Shown here one piece after another: positions 15,020-27,100 of a stretch of 64,000 nucleotides of DNA; within the stretch, counting starts at the first letter, position 1, and each line of letters opens with the position of its first letter. This DNA is from Camelus dromedarius. Taxonomy: Eukaryota. A program made the position numbers and the translations under genes. The notes beneath the pieces are model-generated. The model had not been told where the DNA came from, ran no database searches, and worked only from the letters and a program-made list of their open reading frames with translations. The stretch is from contig NC_087436.1 of NCBI RefSeq assembly GCF_036321535.1, forward strand, positions 44,704,001 through 44,768,000. The letters run 5' to 3'.

Positions 15020-15270
15020 TCCTGATGAGGATGCTGAAACTTAGCCACCATCTTGGCTCAGGATGACAAGAGTCTCATCTTAAGGTGACAGGACAATGAA
15101 TTGAAAGGAACCTGAGTTTTAAGAACTTTGTGGAACAAAGCAGTGATAACAATTTTGTACTGTCTAATTCTGGAATTTTATGTGAGAGAGAAATAAATTT
15201 TCATCTTGTTTAAGCCATCGTTCTTTGGGATTTCTATGACATAAAGATGGACTTAATTCTAACTGATAGA
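15020..15270 (+). mobile_element. MaLR (MLT1-like) LTR 3' part
   Basis: GCCACCATCTTG...GAGAGAAATAAATTTTCATCTTGTTTAAGCCA...CTAACTGATA. Confidence 0.75.
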
Positions 15271-15300
15271 TCCACCTGAAGGCAAGATTCTTCGACTCAC

Positions 15301-15321
15301 TGATAAATTCTGGGTCTTGAC
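15301..15321 (-). other. Candidate 21-nt micro-exon
   Basis: TTTCTTCTTGCTTTATTAGCAG acceptor and GTGAGT donor; reads (G)QDPEFI. Splice-signal evidence only. Confidence 0.3.
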
Positions 15322-15698
15322 CTGCTAATAAAGCAAGAAGAAAGATTGTCTGCATTTGCAGCTGAGTCTTTCTGAGAACAACTTGGGAAGCCTGACAAGG
15401 GGAATCCATTCAGGCTTCCACTCTCCCACTCAAAGTAGAAATCCAGAGACATTCAATTACAATTTTATTTTACCTTGAGACACTTCGGTAAATTGACAAA
15501 GTTTACTCTATTCGTTTTCATGGAAGTGAAAAAAGTAAGCAAAGAGAAACATTTAAAAGGTGATTTGTGTACCATAAATTTTCTTTCCCCTCATTGAATT
15601 TATTGTGTAGCTTAGGTGATTTGCACAACCTTCTAAAATGTAATGGACAAAGTAACATTCTATAAATTTGACCTGATTTCCATTCCATGAGGAAAAAA

Positions 15699-15700
<2 letters not shown>

Positions 15701-15742
<42 letters not shown>
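15701..15742. repeat. (AC)n(AT)n microsatellite
   Basis: Directly visible. Confidence 0.95.
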
Positions 15743-15744
<2 letters not shown>

Positions 15745-16279
15745 TCAAGACTTCTTAGCCTTCACCAGTCTTGAACAACACACACACAAAAAAAACATGT
15801 TGCATTATTTTATTTAAATATATATAAAAACATAAAACAAAGCAAAAGTCCCTTGTGGTTATAACTCTTGTACAACCATAAAATCAAAGCAAACACTCAA
15901 TTTAAAATAAAACAAAATTTTGAAGTCAGGAAAAGTTTAATTAATATTATTAACTTAATGTGACAGATGTTATTTTGCTGAGACTCAATTGCTGCTTGAA
16001 ACATTAATATATACCATTACAGGAAGGTTTCCAAGTCCATTATACTTACCTGCTGTTCAAAGGTTTAGTACTTTCCTAGTTACGTGTCTTCAGACTACAT
16101 TGTTTTAAAGGACACAGTGACATAATACGGCTTTCACTAGAAACTAAGACATCTCCTATGTATTAAATCTGCCTCTGATGATTTATTTTTAGCCTAAGAA
16201 AGTGAAAGAAACTGCATTAATACAATTTTTAAATATAAATTAAAAGTTAAGTATAAGAATCATATGACAGACTCCCCAC

Positions 16280-18200
16280 TAAGATGAAATAAGATGGACT
16301 GGATTTATGCTCTGTCTGATACAACGTATAAATGGACAAAATATATGAAAAGATTGCTATCAAGATATTAGATACCAGGCAAGTAAGGGCAGTGATCTCA
16401 GAGATAAGAAACATGACATGAACTCTATGATAGTTTATGGCATGAATACTGATTAGCACATGCTTTTGGGAAATGTGCTATAATTACCTAAAAGAATTAC
16501 AGAGAAGAATGTCCAGAGTTCACAAAATGTTGGAAATTACATCTATTCTTAGCAACCACAATGGAAAACTTCAGAATTTACAGGTGTTCAGTTACAGTGT
16601 TAAAAAGGATTATGCCTCAATAGTGGAGAAAATTTAAGTTCCTAGTTCTGTTTTTTACAAAGTTTAAAAGCAAAACTTAAAAGGATTAAACTGTTTATAA
16701 ATAAATTAGCCATGTCCCAGAAAAAAATTCTAACAATATTTTTAAGAATACGAAAATATCAACTATATAACTATATAATATTCACAATGTCTGATGTTCA
16801 GTCAAAAACTACCAAACATGCAAAAAAAAAAAAAAAAAGCAGGAAAATACAACCTATAATGAGGCAGCTGACCCAGGAATGGCATAAATGGGAAAATTAG
16901 TGGACAGTTATCAAAAGTTTTTATAACTATGTTCCAAATATGTAAGGAGCTACAGAAAGGATTGAACATGTTAAGTAAAGGCATGGAATCTATTTTTAAA
17001 TAATCTTCTAGACATAAAACACAATGATTGACATGAAAATTCATTGGATGAGATTTTAGCAGATTAAAATTGAAGAAAAAATTGGTAAACTTTAATAAAT
17101 AAGAATAGAAACTGTTCAAATGAAACACAAAAGGATTAGAAAAATTTGCATTATTGAGCTGTGGGACAATTTCAAGTGATGGAATATATGTGTAATTAAG
17201 AGTCCCCAAAAGAGGGGAGATTAAGGGACTAAAAATTTTTAAAGTAATAATAAAAATTGCCAAAATGATGGAAATTAATAACCACATAGTTTCAAGAGGC
17301 TAAAATAATTACAAGCACAAGAAATCCAAAGAAAACTACACCACAGCACATCATATCAAATTACTTTAAATCACTAATAAAATCGAAATCAAAAGCAACC
17401 AGAGAAAAAAGATGCATTATGTATCAGGGATTAAAGATAAAGATGACAGCCAATTTCTCATTGGAAAGTGCATACTGAAAGTCATGGAGCTGAAAGAAAA
17501 AATCACAACTTTCAACCTAGAATTCTTTACCCAGCAAAAATGTCTTTCAAAAACAAAAGCAAAATAAACATGTATTCAAACATACAAATGTTAAATGAAT
17601 TTATTATCAGCAAACCTGCTCTATAAGAAAAATTAAAGGAAGTCATTCAGACAGAAAGAAAGAGATGGCCAGAGGGACACCTGTATCTACTTAAAGGGGC
17701 CACATCATAGCAAAAGATAACAACATAGGTAACTATAAAGAATTGTGTTTGTAGATCTCAGAATGTATCATAGGCCTAAATATACAACTTAAATTCTGTA
17801 AAACATCTAGAAGAAAATATAGGATTAAATCATTATGAACTTGAATTAGACAAAATTTCTTAGATACTATGCTAAAAACATAATTCATAAAAGAACAAAT
17901 CAACAAGCTTGACTTCACCAAAATTAAAAATGTCTTCTCTTTGAAAGATCCCATCAAATAAATGAAAAGACAAGCCATGTGCTGGGAGAAAATATTTGCA
18001 AAATATAATAAAGACTTGTCTTTAGAATTAATAAAGAAATTCAAAACTCAATACTAATAAAACATACAATCCAATTTAAAAAATGAGCCAAAGATTTGAA
18101 TAGACACTTAACTAAAAATGGTGTATGAAGGACAAGTACCTACATAGTAAGATATTCAACATCTTCAGTATTAGGGAACTACAAATTAAGACCAAAAATA
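16280..18200 (+). mobile_element. Ancient L1 (L1M-type) 5'/ORF1 and ORF2 remnants
   Basis: Decayed ORF1 (GAGCTGTGGGACAATTTCAAG, CAACCTAGAATTC) joined to ORF2 3' sequence (GACTTCACCAAAATTAAAAA). Boundaries approximate. Confidence 0.8.
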
Positions 18201-18782
18201 CCTAGCCCAATGCTAGACTTGAAGTAAGACTGTTTTTGGTAAATCACTCAAAAGTACAATAAATATATTGAAACTAAGGACCAAGGGTTTTCCAACTCTT
18301 GGTTTGAACAATACCAATGTATCTCCTATTATTTAAAGAGATGCTAAAATATCAACTCTAAAAATTAAATTACTTTTTATTTAGCTTGATTTAATAAATA
18401 AATGCCAGAAGACTTCCTTAGAAGTGGGCAGGAAAATGTCGAAAATTTTATAATAGAGAGGTAGTGAACCATCATGATAAACAAAGATGTCAGATAATAT
18501 ACAAGTTTCCTTCTAAAACCTTATTGCCTTGCATGATCTGAGGTGGACCATCATAGGATCCCAGCTGCCATCTGCCCAAGGATACCACTTAATACGGATA
18601 TAACAGTGTTCTTCCTCCAGTGAATCCAGGCCACTTCCTATTGTCCCTCATGTGCACAGGTAGCCTTTTCCCAGGTAGATAATTTGGGAGGCAAGAAATA
18701 CCTCCAATAACTTTGATACTAAGAGCACTAGTATATTTAACTGTTGGTTTTCTGAGTGGGTCTTCAGAAAGAGGCATCTTAC

Positions 18783-18814
18783 CTCACTTAGTTTAATCAG
18801 ACTGGCATGATTCT
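18783..18814 (-). other. Candidate 32-nt micro-exon of an unidentified minus-strand transcript
   Basis: About 55-nt polypyrimidine tract with TAG acceptor and GAG|GTAAGA donor; reads (E)NHASLIKLSE. Splice-signal evidence only. Confidence 0.35.
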
Positions 18815-19541
18815 CTAATAAGAGTGAAGAGAGAGGGAGAAAAGAAAGCAAACAGAAAAGAGAAAATACAAAATTAAGAGATGTAAGAGCAAGGAAGACT
18901 TGAATTAAATATTATATTAGATTCACTTTTGATCATACTATCATTGTGTAATATCATCAAAGATATATTTTATAGAAGAGATCCAATGCCATTAAAATCC
19001 AAGTGGGGAGAGAGAAAATGAGTAAGACTCAGGGATGTGATACCGAGTATAGAAGTTCTAAAACAAAGCCTTATTTTCCACTGTCCATAGCAGCCATAAA
19101 AAGGCAGCACCCAGCTGGAGGGCGACTCCTCCTCTCTTGGTAAACTGGAGAAGCTACCTGAAGTGTGAAGACTTTGGCTAAAACCCTGGAGAGGGCATTC
19201 TGCAATAAACAACTTGATACCACTTTATCTTGTCATACAACTCTGAAACTCTTCACAATAATTTGAAAATATGCTCCTCTGCTTTGTACACAGGACAAGC
19301 TCCCACTAGTGTCTACATAAGAAGAACAGGATCAAGCATGCTGTGTCTAAGTGGACGTGCCCCAGTCACCCAGACAGCTCTCTATCTTTGATTGTTGTAT
19401 TAGCTCTAATTCTTCAAGGCAATCTTTGAAAAAGAAAATGCAAACACCACAACAGCTGGAGGAAACAGATGAGTCCTTGTTTCTAGGCAGTGCCTCACCC
19501 CAGTGTTTTTGGAGGTTAACTGGAAACAATCACTACAGTTG

Positions 19542-19662
19542 ATGTGTGTGTGTATATGTGTGTATGTGTATGTATATATATGTATGTATGTATATATACA
19601 CATACACATATATACACACACACACACATATATATGTATATATCTACATTTATACATGCATG
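19542..19662. repeat. Compound (TG/TA)n-(CA/TA)n quasi-palindromic microsatellite
   Basis: Directly visible. Confidence 0.95.
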
Positions 19663-19919
19663 CAGTGATTAAAAACTATTATTTTGGCTTTCCTTTAAAA
19701 AAAATACCATAGAACACATCTACATATTTAACTGTGGTAATGCAAGCACTATTTCCTAATAATGGAGATTCCACTTAAAAGTTATCTACTGCTGATTCAA
19801 GAACCCACCACATTGATAGTTAAACATACATATTGTATCCTAATAATTATTCTTCGGCTCTGTTCCAGCCCCTCTGAATAGAAAGTATTTCAATGATTAA
19901 ACTTTTTTGTTCTGAAATA

Positions 19920-20620
19920 TTATATACCAAGGTATACACAGTGGTTATCTCCAATTGTGAGAATATGGGTTTGTTTTATTTTAGTTGTTGATTCATTTTG
20001 CTTGGCTCCTCTTTTTTTCTACAATCATCATGGTTTTGCTATCTTTCTAATTTTTTTCTTTATTTTAATTTTAAACTTTAAAAAGACAAATTCCTTGTGC
20101 TGAGTAACTTCTACTTGCCCCTCGAGGCTCAGTCTGTATGATTCCTTCCCACCTTCCCCTGTGCCCAGGAGGCTGATACATGCAGACCGCATGGGTGGGC
20201 TTCATTGTCACCCGGCTACCATTTTAAGTTTGGTCAATGAGAAGTAGGGGAAGATCACGGCATTAATGAAATTCAACATTAATTCATGATTTAAAAATTC
20301 TTAGTAAATTAGGAATAGAAGGCTTCCAATTATTTTTACCAACAGTCATAGATTTATATATTTCCTGTTTTTCTAAATTAGTATTTTTTGGAGAATTTGG
20401 CCATTTCATCTAAATTATCAAATATGTCTGTGTAACTCAAGTATATAAGTCTGTAGGAATTGTTTCTTTCCTTATCATTCTTAACTTTGGTTCTTTCTTT
20501 TTTTCTTCATTATCAGTTTGATGAAATAATAAAATTTCCTCTAAGACTGAAATAAGACAAGAATGGAAATTAACATCACAGCTATTCATCATTTTACTAA
20601 AGGTCCTATTAAGAACAATT
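19920..20620. mobile_element. Mixed ancient L1 fragments with an ERVL LTR33-like piece (~20100-20258)
   Basis: CAGTGGTTATCTC (L1ME-like end); CCCTGTGCCCAGGAGGCTGA...TTTGGTCAATGAGAAG (LTR33-like); AAAATTCAACATTAATTCATGAT (ORF2-like). Confidence 0.55.
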
Positions 20621-21180
20621 ATACTATTTGCTTATTTATGTGCACTATGTATCTCAATGCTTGCATCCATAAAAGTGAAAATGAACACAAACATTTTTAG
20701 ACAATTTATAACAAAGGAGCAAAGAACATACAATGGAAAGAATAGTGTCTGTAATAAATGGTGTTGGAAAACTGGACAGCCACACGAAAAAGAATGAAAC
20801 TAGACCACTGTCTTACATTGCACACAAACATTAACTCAAAATAAATTAGAGACTTGAAAGTACGACCTGAAGTCTTAAAATTCCTAGAAGAAACCATACT
20901 CAGTAACCTCATTAACATCTTAGCTATGCGTATGTGAAACTGACTCCAAAGGCAAAGGAAATATAAGCAAAAATAAACAAATGGGACTACATCAAACTAA
21001 AAATGTTTCTGTACAGTGAGGGAAACAATCATTAAAACAAAAAAGCAACCTACTAAATAGAAGATTTTTATAAGTCATGTATCCAATAAGGGGTTAATAT
21101 CCAAAATTTATGAAGAACTCAAACAATTCAACAACAATGACAACAACAGAAAATCAACCCAATTAAAAAATGATCAGAGG

Positions 21181-22849
21181 GGAGATGGAGAAGATGGCGG
21201 AGTAGAAGGACGCTCGCAGGTCACCCTCTCCCACAAATACACCAAGACCCACATCTACAGACCTACTCAGCCAACCAGAGCACCTGTGGAACTCCGACAG
21301 AACATCGCCCTCTTCAAAAGATAAAGACGCCAAAAATCTGGTAGGAGAAAAGGAAAAAAGAAAGAACAAAAGGCAAAGCAGCGCGCGGGACGGGTCCCGC
21401 GGGGAGGGAGCGGCAAAGGAGGACTGGCGCTCGCTCGCTGGGTCTCCCCTCTCCAACTGAGAGGCCAGCGGGATGGAGGGGGAGCCTCCGAGGCTCGGAT
21501 CTGTACAGAGCAGCCCTTGACTAACAGAACTAAGTTAACCGGCACAGAGCGTCCCCCCGACACCCAGCCTGAGACGCGGGCCGGCAGCGACGGGCAGGGC
21601 CAGGCTGCACAAGCCGGGGGGAGGACGGGGGCGGCTGCACAGAGGCAGCCCCGGGGGAACGCAAGGGGCTGCACGCTGTGACTGTGGGTGCACAGGGCAG
21701 AACAACCTGGGCCCTCCATAAAACAGCAAGGTTGATGTGCTCTCGGGGGAAGGGTGCACACCCCCATCTCTGAAAACTCGTGGAAAGTTTTTGGGGGAAG
21801 AGAGGCGGGGCTCAGGCACAGCCGCCATATCCTCCGCGCTGAGCACCCAGGCGGGGGCAGGGTGAAACCTGCATCCGCACGGAAGGGCTTAGCAGCCTCA
21901 AAGGCCAGACTGAGACTGGCCTGCAGCCAGGGACAGATAGGATCCTTCCATCCTGGTCCCTCAGACAACTTGCTCCACAAAGACAAACAAGGAGCTGGGT
22001 TTTGGCTCGGAGCAGGGACAGGGCTGTCCCTCGGTCTTCCCCGAGCCCACCCGCGGAGCGCCCACCAGGGCGGAGCGCGCAGCCGCACAGAGAGCGGAGT
22101 TACCGGTGGCGCAGGTAGAGGGAGAGCGGCCCCCCCGCCTTTGGGGCAGGAACACAGCTCCTGACCGAGGTGCTGGGAGGGGGCACGACCCGCCCTCCTA
22201 CCTGGCCAGTCTGCAACATCTGACTGCGGCATCCGGAGGGGCAGCGACCCGCCCGCCCACAGCAGAGAGCTGCACCTGCCCCAGTGTTAGGAGGAGGCGC
22301 CATCTGCTTGCCGACAGGTGCTGGGAGCAGCACAGAAGAGGGCGCCAACGGAAGGCCTCTGAAAACAGCAAGCTGAACTTCCAAAACAGGACGAAGACAG
22401 AAAGACTTCACATTAAAAACACACAGACTCCAGGAGAACACCGACAACCCCCCCCTTTTTTTTTAAATCTGTTTTTACATGTTCTATTTTCTATTACTCT
22501 CTTAATTTTTACTTCTTAATTCATTTCTATTTCTCTTGGGTTTTGATGTCCTGCTATTGATTAGACACAGGTTTCAAATACATCTATTCATCTCCCCCCC
22601 CTTTTTTTGTAAAGGTTTTAAAAGGACATCTCAACCCGATTAATACTCTGCTTCAACTCACTCTTCTATTATTCATTATACACTGTTTTCAAACCCTCTT
22701 TCTCCCTTCTTTTAAAATTCTTTCTCTCTCTCTCTTATTTTTTTTTCTTTTTTTCCTAAGTTCGATTCCTAAATAGGCATTAGATAGATAAAATCCTTAA
22801 GGACCAAAATAAACAACTGATACTCCATAAACCACAGTGCCAAAGAGGT
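21181..22849 (+). promoter_or_regulatory. L1 5'UTR with CpG-rich internal promoter and YY1-type motif
   Basis: Very GC/CpG-rich at ~21181-22440, AAGATGGCGG at 21191-21200, then a pyrimidine/AT-rich segment up to the ORF1 ATG. Confidence 0.85.
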
Positions 22850-23753
22850 ATGAGCAAGATGAAGAAGCAGAAAAACATTTCCCAATTAAAAGAAAAAGAG
22901 AAATCCCCTGAAAGAAAGATCAACGAAATAGACATCGATAGCCTACTAGATCAAGATTTCAAAAAAGGAGTGATCGAATTGCTGAAGGAATTAAAAGAGA
23001 TAGTGTTTAGAGATATAAAATATGTCAAAAATGAAATTGAAGCTATAAAGAAGAGCCAAGTAGAATGGGCAAACTCATTGACAGAGATGAGGAATGATCT
23101 AATAGCTGTGCAAAGCCGACTAGATAATGCAGAGGAACGAATTAGTGATCTAGAAGACAGGGCAATAGAAAGCACCCATTCAGAAGAACTACAAGATAAG
23201 CAAATAAAAAATAATGAAAATAGCATAAGGGACCTATGGGATAATATAAAGCATCCCAATCTTTGCATAATAGGGGTCCCAGAAGGAGAAGAAAGATCAA
23301 AGGGGATTGAAAAGATTTTTGAAGAAATCATGACTGAAAACTTCCCAAACTTAAAGAAGGAATCAGATATCCAAGTACAGGAAGCTCAGAGGGTCCCAAA
23401 CAGGAAGAACCCAAATAGACCCACACCAAGACATATCATAATCAAGATGGCCAGAGTCAAGGATAAAGAAATTATTCTAAAGGCAGCAAGAGAAAAGCAA
23501 AGAGTAAGTTACAAGGGAACCCCCATCAGGGTCTCAGCTGATTTCTCTACACAAACACTACAGGCCAGAAGGGAGTGGCAATATATATTCAAAGCCCTGA
23601 ATGAAAAAAAGACGCAGCCTAGGATCCTTTATCCAGCAAGGCTATCCTTGAGGATAGAAGGAGGAATAAAGAGTTTCACAGACAAAAAAAAAGCTGCAGG
23701 AGTTTAGCAACACTAAACCCATGCTAAAAGAAATATTGAAAGGGCTATTCTAA
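22850..23753 (+). CDS. LINE-1 ORF1p (RNA-binding/chaperone), +1 frameshift near the C-terminus
   Basis: Coiled coil followed by typical ORF1p motifs (IIGVPEGEE, ENFPNL, PTPRHII, ADFS, ARREW, YPARL). A9 run at 23684-23692; removing one A restores KKKLQEFSNTKPMLKEILKGLF-stop (TAA 23751-23753), about 300 aa. Confidence 0.95.
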
Positions 23754-24157
23754 ATAGAAAAGCAGCAGGATGCTACAGAAATGAGAAACACACAACTGGA
23801 AAGGTGATAACTCATGAATTACAAATAAAGTAAACATGAAATTATAAAAGAAGACATACAAATTACTGAGAGTGGGAGAGGGAGGCAGGGAAATATAGAA
23901 TATTTTTTTCTTTCTTTTTAAAATTTTTTTTAACAGTAGGATGGGTTTGAGATTATGTTACTATCAGTTTAATAAAACAGTTATAGTAATGGGTTGATAG
24001 ATTTACAAAAAAGGGTAACCACAAGCCAAAAATTTACAAAGGAGTCACAAAAATTAAATAAAATCCATGATAATACAAAGGAAAATTACCAAACCACAAA
24101 AGGAAGAAGAAAGGAACAAAGAAGATATACCAATTCAACTGCAAAGATAAATTCAAA

Positions 24158-27100
24158 ATGGCAATAAACACACATCTATCATTAATTACTGTAAATGTTA
24201 ATGGACTAAATGCTCCAGTCAAAAGACACAGAGTGGCAGACTGGATAATAAAGCAAGAACCTTCAATATGCTGCATACAAGAGACCCACTTTAGGGAGAA
24301 GGACACATATAGATTGAGAGTGAAAGGATGGAAAAGGATATTCCATGCAAATGGAAAAGCCAAAAAAGCAGGTGTTGCAGTACTGATTTCAGACAAAATA
24401 GACTTTAAAACAAAGGCCATAAAGAAAGATAAAGAAGGACATTTTATAATGATTAAAGGAGTGATACAAGATGAGGATATTACACTCGTTAATATATATG
24501 CACCCAATATAGGAGCACCTAAGTACATACAAGAATTACTAACAGAGATAAAGGGGGATATTGATGGGAATACAATCATAGTTGGAGATTTTAACACTGC
24601 ATTAACATCACTAGACAGATCTTCCAGACAGAAAATAAACAAGGCAACAGAGAAATTAAATACTACAATAGAAAAACTAGATTTGGTGGATATTTTCAGA
24701 ACATTACACCCCCCAAAAATAGGATATACATTCTTTTCAAGTGCACATGGAACATTTTCCAGGATCGATCATGTACTTGGGCACAAAAGAAACCTCAACA
24801 ATTTTAAGAAGATAGAAATTATCTCAAGCATCTTTACTGACCACAATGCCATGAAACTGGAAATCAACAACAGAGAAACAAAGGAGAAAAAAAGGAAAGC
24901 ATGGAGATTAAACAATATGTTATTGAAAAAACAATGGATCAATGAGGAAATCAAAGCTGAAATTAAAAAATACTTTGAGACAAATGATAATGAAAGCACA
25001 ACCACTCAAAACCTATGGGACACAGCAAAGGCAGTGCTAAGAGGGAAGTTTATAGCAATACAGGCCTTCCTCAAAAAAGAAGAACAATCTCAAATAAACA
25101 ATTTAACCCACCACCTGAATGAATTAGAAAAAGAAGAACAAAAAGCCCCAAAAAGCAGCAGAAGGAAGGAAATAATAAAGATCAGAGAGGAATTAAATAC
25201 AATAGAGATTAACACGACCATAGAGATAATCAACCAAACCAAAAGCTGGTTTTTTGAAAAAGTAAATAAAATCGACAAACCTCTGGCCAAACTCACAAAG
25301 AAGAAAAAAGAGAGAGCACAAATTAGCAAAATAAGAAAGGAAAATAGAGAAATTACAACAAACAAAATAGAAATACAGAATATCATACGAGAATATTATG
25401 AAAAACTATATGGAACCAAACTGGATAACCTAGAGGAGATGGACAAGTTTCTGAAAACATACTGTCCACCAAAACTGAATCAAGAAGAATGTGAACACTT
25501 GAACAATCCAATCACTAGAAAGGAAATAGAAATAGCAATTAAAAAACCTCCCTACAAATAAAAGTCCAGGACCGGACGGCTTCACCGGGGAATTCTACCC
25601 AACATACAAAGAAGAACTCATACCAGTCCTTCTCAAACTCTTCCAGACGATTGAAAAGGAGGGAATACTCCCAAACTCATTCTATGAAGCCACCATCACC
25701 CTGATACCAAAACCAGGCAAAGACAATACAAAAAAAGAGAATTATAGGCCAATATCACTGATGAACATAGACGCCAAAATCCTCACCAAAATTTTAGCAA
25801 ATAGAATCCAACAACACATAAAAAAGATTATACATCATGACCAAGTGGGGTTCATCCCAGGGACACAAGGCTGGTTCAACATACGCAAATCAATCAGTGT
25901 AATACATCACATCAACAAGAGAAAGGACAAAAACCACATGATCATCTCAATCGATGCAGAAAAAGCATTTGATAAAATTCAACACCCATTTATGATAAAA
26001 ACTCTCGTCAAAGTGGGTATAGAGGGAACATATCTCAACATAATAAAAGCTATATATGACAAACCTACAGCCAGCATAGTACTCAACGGTGAAAAACTCA
26101 AAAGCTTCCCACTAAAATCTGGGACAAGACAAGGATGCCCACTATCACCACTCCTATTCAACATAGTCCTGGAAGTCCTAGCCACAGCAGTCAGGCAAGA
26201 GAAAGAAATAAAAGGGATCCAAATTGGAAAAGAAGAGGTAAAAGTGTCATTATATGCTGATGACATGCTACTATATATAGAAAACCCTAAAAGGGCCACA
26301 CAAAAGCTACTAGAGCTGATTGAAGAATTCAGCAAGGTAGCAGATTACAAAATTAACGTTCAAAAATCAGTGGCATTTCTTTACACTAACGATAAATCAA
26401 CAGAAGAAGAAAGTAAAGAAACAATCCCCTTTAAAATAGCACTCAAAGTAATAAAATATCTGGGAATAAATCTAACCAAGGAGGTGAAAGAATTATACAC
26501 AGAAAACTATAAACCATTGATGAAGAAAATTAAAGAAGACTTTAAAAAATGGAAAGATATTCCATGCTCTTGGATTGGAAGAATCAATATGTTAAAATGG
26601 TCACACTGCCCAAGGCAATCTACAGATTTAATGCAATCCCTATCCAATTACCCAGGACATATTTCACAGAACTAGAAAAAATCATAATAAAATTCATATG
26701 GAACCATCAAAGACCTAGAATTGCCAAAGCATTACTGAAGAGAAAGAAAGAGGCTGGAGGAATAACTCTCCCAGACTTCAGACAATACTATAGAGCTACA
26801 GTCATCAAGACAGCATGGTATTGGTACAAAAACAGATATATAGACCAATGGAACAGAATAGAGAGCCCAGAAATGAACCCACAAACTTTTGGTCAACTCA
26901 TCTTTGACAAAGGAGGCAAGAATATACATTGGAATAAAGACAGTCTCTTCAGCAAATGGTGTTGGGAAAACTGGACAGCAGCATGTAAAACAATGAAGCT
27001 AGAACACTCCCTTACACCATATACAAAAATCAACTCAAAATGGATTAAAGACTTAAACGTAAGACAAGATACAATAAACCTCCCAGAGGAAAACATAGGC

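Noticed and set aside
16050..16075. Strong minus-strand donor CAG|GTAAGT
   Set aside because: There is no good acceptor upstream, and its phase does not fit the candidate chain.
21181..22440. CpG island as a host gene promoter
   Set aside because: It lies entirely inside the TSD-bounded L1 5'UTR.
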